Shown here: positions 58,502 through 64,000 of the stretch, in pieces | Layout: every line of letters begins with the position of its first letter | How positions within the stretch are numbered: position 1 is the first letter of the stretch | From: Octopus sinensis | Taxonomy: Eukaryota | Length of the DNA stretch: 64,000 bases | Direction of reading: 5' to 3' | Assembly (NCBI RefSeq): GCF_006345805.1 | Contig: NC_043022.1 | Coordinates: 7,192,001-7,256,000 of the forward strand | Program-made: the position numbers and the translations under genes | The notes under the pieces: generated by a model | The model's input: the letters and a program-made list of their open reading frames with translations, nothing else | Database searches by the model: none | Told to the model about the DNA's origin: nothing

Positions 58502-60320
58502 TTGTGTGTCTGTGTTTGTCCCCCTAGCATTTCTTGACAACCGATGCTGGTGTGTTTACGTCCCCGTTACTTAGCGGTTCGGCAAAAGAGACCAATAGAA
58601 TAAGTACTAGGCTTAGAAAAGAATAAGTCCCGGGGTCGATTTGCTCGACTAAAGGCGGTGCTGCAGCATGGCCGCAGTCAAATGACTGAAACAAGTAAAA
58701 GAGTAAAAGAGTATATATATACATATATACATATACATAACTACATATGTGTGCATTACTGACATCATCAAAATTTACAAACTTCAAGAAATCAGGAAAT
58801 AATTCCTTTTTTTTCTTCTTTCTTTGGAATAGTTTAGCTCAAAGCTCATAAAGAGACAAATAATAGCATGTTAATGATAAACACTATCATTTATAGCTTT
58901 ATCAGCTTTGAGTTAACCCCTCCCCCATATATATATATTATATATATAAACAAACTTAAGTTTGTTTTTGAAGTGCTGAACTGTATTATAGTACAAGTAG
59001 AAAGATATATTTATCAACGCGTAAGATATTGATATAACAGTATATATGGTACTGTGTATATATTGATATAACAGTATATATGTGTCATCTCTTGTGAAAG
59101 GTAGGAGAGTCCAGTTTGCTGGACATTGTTGTAGAGCTGAAACAGAAGTAATTTCTACTCTTCTCCTCTGGAAGCCATCTACTCTTGATACCAGAGGGCG
59201 CACACTCTCCTACCCTGATGTAATCTCCATCCAGCAACAGGACCTCCGTAATGCCATGATGGACCGTGAAGTCTGGCGTAGCATGGTAAATTCCATTGTC
59301 TCGACCACGGTCGAACAATGATGATGATGATATATGGTACAATATCCCTTACAGAGCAGAAAATCTGAGCCATGAGAATCGAACTCACATCCCTTTGATT
59401 TCTGGTCAAGTGCTCTACTGTTAGGTTAAACTCCTTTACTGACAAATTCTTCTGCAATTTAGAACTTATAATAATAATAACAATAATAATAATTTTGAAA
59501 AATACCTTAGGAATGAGAACCCAGGTGCGAAGTTTCCCCCAAGACACCTGATGAAGGCTGGAGGGTATACCAGCCAAAATATTGTGTTAACAACAAGATG
59601 AGGACAAATACTCATCAAATGTAAATAATGTACATAATTCCTCATCTCTTAAATATAGCACTGTACACACATATATATACATATATACATATACATAACT
59701 ACACCAACCACATGGTTTCGGGTTCAGTCCCACTACATGGCACCTTGGGCAAGTGTCTTCTACTATAGCCTCGGGCCGACCAAAGCCTTGTGAGTGGATT
59801 TGGTAGACGGAAACTGAAAGAAGCCCGTCGTATATATGTATGTATATATATATATATATGTGTGTGTGTGTTTGTGTGTCTGTGTTTGTCCCCCTAGCAT
59901 TTCTTGACAACCGATGCTGGTGTGTTTACGTCCCCGTTACTTAGCGGTTCGGCAAAAGAGACCAATAGAATAAGTACTAGGCTTAGAAAAGAATAAGTCC
60001 CGGGGTCGATTTGCTCGACTAAAGGCGGTGCTGCAGCATGGCCGCAGTCAAATGACTGAAACAAGTAAAAGAGTAAAAGAGTATATATATACATATATAC
60101 ATATACATAACTACATATGTGTGCATTACTGACATCATCAAAATTTACAAACTTCAAGAAATCAGGAAATAATTCCTTTTTTTTCTTCTTTCTTTGGAAT
60201 AGTTTAGCTCAAAGCTCATAAAGAGACAAATAATAGCATGTTAATGATTAAACACTATCATTTATAGCTTTATCAGCTTTGAGTTAACCCCCCCCCCATA
60301 TATATATATATATATATATA

Positions 60321-60735
60321 TACTCTTTTTACTTTTTTTACTTGTTTCAGTCATTTGACTGCGGCCATGCTGGAGCACCGCCTTTAGTCGAGCAAATCGA
60401 CCCCGGGACTTATTCTTTGTAAGCCCAGTACTTATTCTATCGGTCTCTTTTGCCAAACTGCTAAGTGACAGGGACGTAAACACACACCAGCATCGGTTGT
60501 CAAGCAATGCTAGGGAGACAAACACAGACACACAAACACACATATACACATATATATATATATACATATATACGACAGGCTTCTTTCAGTTTCCGTCTAC
60601 CAAATCCACTCACAAGGCATTGGTCGGCCCGGGGCTATAGCAGAAGACACTTGCCCAAGATGCCACGCAGTGGGATTGAACCCAGAACCATGTGGTTGGT
60701 TAGCAAGCTACTTACCACACAGCCACTCCTGCGCC
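60321..60735 (-). mobile_element. Family A SINE, full length
   Basis: Consensus-like. Confidence 0.9.
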
Positions 60736-60757
60736 TATGTGTACACATATACGTACA

Positions 60758-61215
60758 TTTTCCATGCTGGCATGGGTTGGACAGTTTGACTGAAAATTGG
60801 TAAACCAGGGAGCCGCACCAGGTTCAGTCTGATTAGGCAAAGTTTCTACAGTTGGATGCCCTTCCTAACGCCAACCACTCCAAGAGTGTAGTGGGTGTTT
60901 TTTACATGCTACTGGCACAGGTGCCATTGACCTGACACTGACATTGGCCACAACTATGATTTCACTTGGCTTGACAGTTCTACACAAGCCTAAGGTTTCA
61001 ATTACCTGTCACTGCCTCCATAAAGCCCGATGCTCCAACGGTGCTTTTTACATGCCACTAGTATGGCTGCCAATTAGACAGCCCTGACTATGATTTCACT
61101 CAGCTTGACAGGTTTTCACAACCACAGCAGATCACCTAACATTTGAAGGGGGCTTTTAATGGGGCCAGTTACACAACACTGGCATCAGCCATGACTACGA
61201 TCTCACTTGGCTTGA
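60758..61215 (-). mobile_element. Diverged family B element with repeated RTE-end motif
   Basis: ATGATTTCACTTGGCTTGAC-like motif at about 60957, 61090 and 61197. Confidence 0.65.
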
Positions 61216-61269
61216 TGGATCTTTACATACATGTACACACACACATACATACATATCTGCACCCTCCCC

Positions 61270-62051
61270 CCACATAAAAAGCACCAACCGAACGTGGCCG
61301 ATGCCAGCACCGCCCCGACTGGCTTCTGTGCAGGTGGCACGTAAAAAGCACCAACTGACCGTGGCCGATGCCAGACCCCTCTGGCATCTGTGCAGGTGGC
61401 ACGTAAAAAGCACCAACTGACCGTGGCCGATGCCAGACCCCTCTGGCTTCTGGTGCAGTGGCACGTAAAAGCACCACATACCGTGGCCGATGCCAGAGAC
61501 CCTCTTGGCTTCTGTCAGTGGCACGTAAAAAGCACCACTGACCGTGGCCGATGCGACCCCTCTGGCTTCTGTGCAGGTGGCACGTAAAAAGCACCAACTG
61601 ACCGTGGCCGATGCCAGACCCCTCTGGCTTCTGTGCAGGTGGCACGTAAAAAGCACCAACTGACCGTGGCCGGTGCCAGACCCCTCTGGCTTCTGTGCAG
61701 GTGGCACGTAAAAGCACCAACTGACCGGCCGTGCCAGACTCCTCTGGCTTCTGTGCAGGTGGCACGTAAAAAGCACCAACTGACCGTGGCCGATGCCAGA
61801 CTCCTCTGGCTTCTGTGCAGGTGGCACGTAAAAAGCACCAACTGACCGTGGCCGATGCCAGACTCCTCTGGCTTCTGTGCAGGTGGCACGTAAAAAGCAC
61901 CCACTACACTCTCGGAGTGGTTGGCGTTAGGAAGGGCATCCAGCTGTAGAAACACTGCCAGACCAGACTGGAGCCTGGGGCAGCCCCTGGCTCCCCAGAC
62001 CCCCGGTCGAAACCATCCAACCCGTGCTAGCGCGGAAAACGGACGTTAAAC

Positions 62052-62091
<40 letters not shown>
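61270..62091 (+). mobile_element. Family B element with about 10 copies of a 62-bp variant unit (to about 61900)
   Basis: Unit GTGGCACGTAAAAAGCACCAACTGACCGTGGCCGATGCCAGACCCCTCTGGCTTCTGTGCAG; period 62 (61334 to 61396). Confidence 0.95.
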
Positions 62092-62093
<2 letters not shown>

Positions 62094-62117
62094 ACACACT
62101 GACATATCTATGCATAT

Positions 62118-62600
62118 GCATCATCATCATCATCGTTTAATGTCCGCTTTCCATGCTGGCATGGGTTGAACGGTTTGACTGAGGACTGGTGAGTCAGAGG
62201 CTGCACCAAGCTCAATATGATCAGGCAAAGTTTCTACAGCTGGATGCCCTTCCTAATGCCAACCACTCAGAAAGTGTAGTGGGTGCTTTTACGCGCCACT
62301 AGCACAAGGGCCAGTCAGGTTATTCTGGCAACAACCACTCTCAAAAGGTATTTTTATGTGCTACCTGCACAGGAGCTAGTCCGGCAGTACTGGCAACGAC
62401 CATGCTTGAATGTTGTTTTTCATGTGCCTGTGAGGCGACGCTGGCAACGATCACGTTCAAATGGTGCTTTTCACGTGTCACCGGCATGAGAGCTAATCCG
62501 TGGCCCTGGCAACGATTATGCTCGGATGTGCTTTTAATGTTCCATTGGCATGAGAACCAATCAGGTGGTACTGTCATCAGCCACGTCAGTGATTTTGATT
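62118..62600 (-). mobile_element. Old family B element with decayed tandem units
   Basis: B module, then about four degenerate GTGCTTTT(T)ACGTG...GGCAACGA units. Confidence 0.7.
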
Positions 62601-62920
62601 TTGCTTACTTAAATATATAACCACACACACATATATAAACATATACACACACTCATCTTCATTTACCATCCACAGTCCATGCTGGAATGTGTCAGGTGAT
62701 TTGACAGGACTTGATAGGTTCAAGGACCGCATCATGATCCAGATTATGTTTGGAATGATTTCTACGGCTGGGTGCGCCCTTGTCGACAGGGTGTACTGGG
62801 TGCTTTTTACACGGTGCAGGTACTCACTAGAACACTATGCAGCTTGCAAGAGAGAGGCAGGCCAAGAGTATGAAGAGAGTGGGAGATACAGCAGTGGGGG
62901 AGGCAGAGATAATTTGGTGG

Positions 62921-63129
62921 TACTCTCTCTTTACTCTTTTACTTGTTTCAGCCATGCTGGAGCACCGCCTTTAGTCGAGCAAATCGACCCCGGAATTTAT
63001 TCTTTGTAAGCCCAGTACTTATTCTATCGGTCTCTTTTTGCTGAACTGCTAAGTGACGGGGACGTAAACACACCAGCATTGGTTGTCAAGCAATGCTAGG
63101 GGGACAAACACAGACACACACACACGCAC

Positions 63130-63172
<43 letters not shown>

Positions 63173-63337
63173 TACGACAGGCTTCTTTCAGTTTTCGTCT
63201 ACCAAATCCACTCACAAGGCATTGGTCGGCCTGGGGCTATAGCAGAAGACACTTGCCCAAGATGCCACGCAGTGGGATTGAACCCAGAACCATGTGGTTG
63301 GTTAGCAAGCTACTTACTACACAGCCACTCCTGCGCC
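62921..63337 (-). mobile_element. Family A SINE
   Basis: Consensus-like with a small deletion in the tail. Confidence 0.88.
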
Positions 63338-63479
63338 TAGTGGTGGAGAGTGATCAATGAAAGTATGGGAGGAGAGAAAAGTATTAATACATGTAGGATG
63401 GATAACAGGAAGTGGTTTTGGGTAGTAAGAAAAGTGATATCAAGAAAGAACAGCCATTAAGGAGATGGTGGTAGTGGTG

Positions 63480-63790
63480 GATGTCTTGAAGAGGAAGGGA
63501 ATTGACAGAAGGCCTAGTTGTGCAGACAGAAACACAGCTCTACTGGAACTCAGTTTTGCTGATGTGGACAATATTGAGGACATTGCCAATGAAAGACGTG
63601 ATGAATAGGGTACTCCAGGGTCCAGTCTGTACAGGAGAAGAGAAAGGACTAAAGTTTGGAAGATAATTTCTATTTCTAATGATATTCGCATCCCACAGAC
63701 AATGAAGTTTGCCAAACGCATTTGTAGCTGGGGCTATGCAGTTGATTATTTCATCGCCCTACTCCCTAGACATGAGAATGTCCTTATATA
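63480..63790 (-). mobile_element. Highly decayed RTE LINE fragment
   Basis: NAFGKLHCLW / RISLEIEIIFQTLVLSLLLY resembles the RTE AFGRL...ISLxTKxxxYxxxVLxxLLY segment. Confidence 0.45.
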
Positions 63791-63930
63791 TTTCAGGCTT
63801 CTGTCATCAACGATGCTGGGTTCTGAAAGGAACTGATGAAATAATGGTGGGGGGTTTTTATACCTAATTTCTTTGGAAATGAGCCTTGGTGGGGGCAGGG
63901 GATGACTTCAATCCTTTTAATGCAGAATGC

Positions 63931-64000
63931 GATCATCATCATCATTGTTCGACCGTGGTCGAGACAATGGAATTTACTATGTTACGCCAGACTTCACGGT
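63931..64000 (-). mobile_element. RTE-X LINE 3' tail, continues beyond the window
   Basis: ATCATCATCATTGTTCGACCGTGGTCGAGACAATGG, same as 7654. Confidence 0.85.

Larger units (their letters stand above)
57545..60297. repeat. Near-identical tandem duplication of about 1.38 kb (57545-58926 and 58927-60297)
   Basis: Offset 1384 over most of the unit; the differences I noticed are mainly microsatellite or homopolymer lengths. Confidence 0.97.

Overview
AT-rich, extremely repeat-dense eukaryotic DNA with many microsatellites. The SINE families match those I recall from octopus (coleoid cephalopod) genomic DNA; this is recognition from memory, not a database hit. I cannot support any complete host protein-coding gene: nearly all long ORFs in the track come from tandem repeats, microsatellites, SINEs or decayed transposons. 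The window holds four families of short interspersed repeats, labelled here A, B, C and D. It also holds 5'-truncated LINEs (RTE, RTE-X and CR1-like), a decayed full-length mariner with nested insertions, and piggyBac-, hAT-, Tc1/mariner- and Merlin-like MITEs. There is one Helentron-type element, several Penelope-like remnants with degenerate hammerhead ribozyme cores, a 99-bp satellite and a 1.38-kb tandem duplication. Most notable: family B appears to be the 3' UTR of an RTE LINE carrying a 62-63-bp unit that expands into locus-specific minisatellites, and there are several long near-perfect palindromes. Weak signals suggest a minus-strand host gene with a first exon near 52.2-52.7 kb, which would make most of the window intronic.
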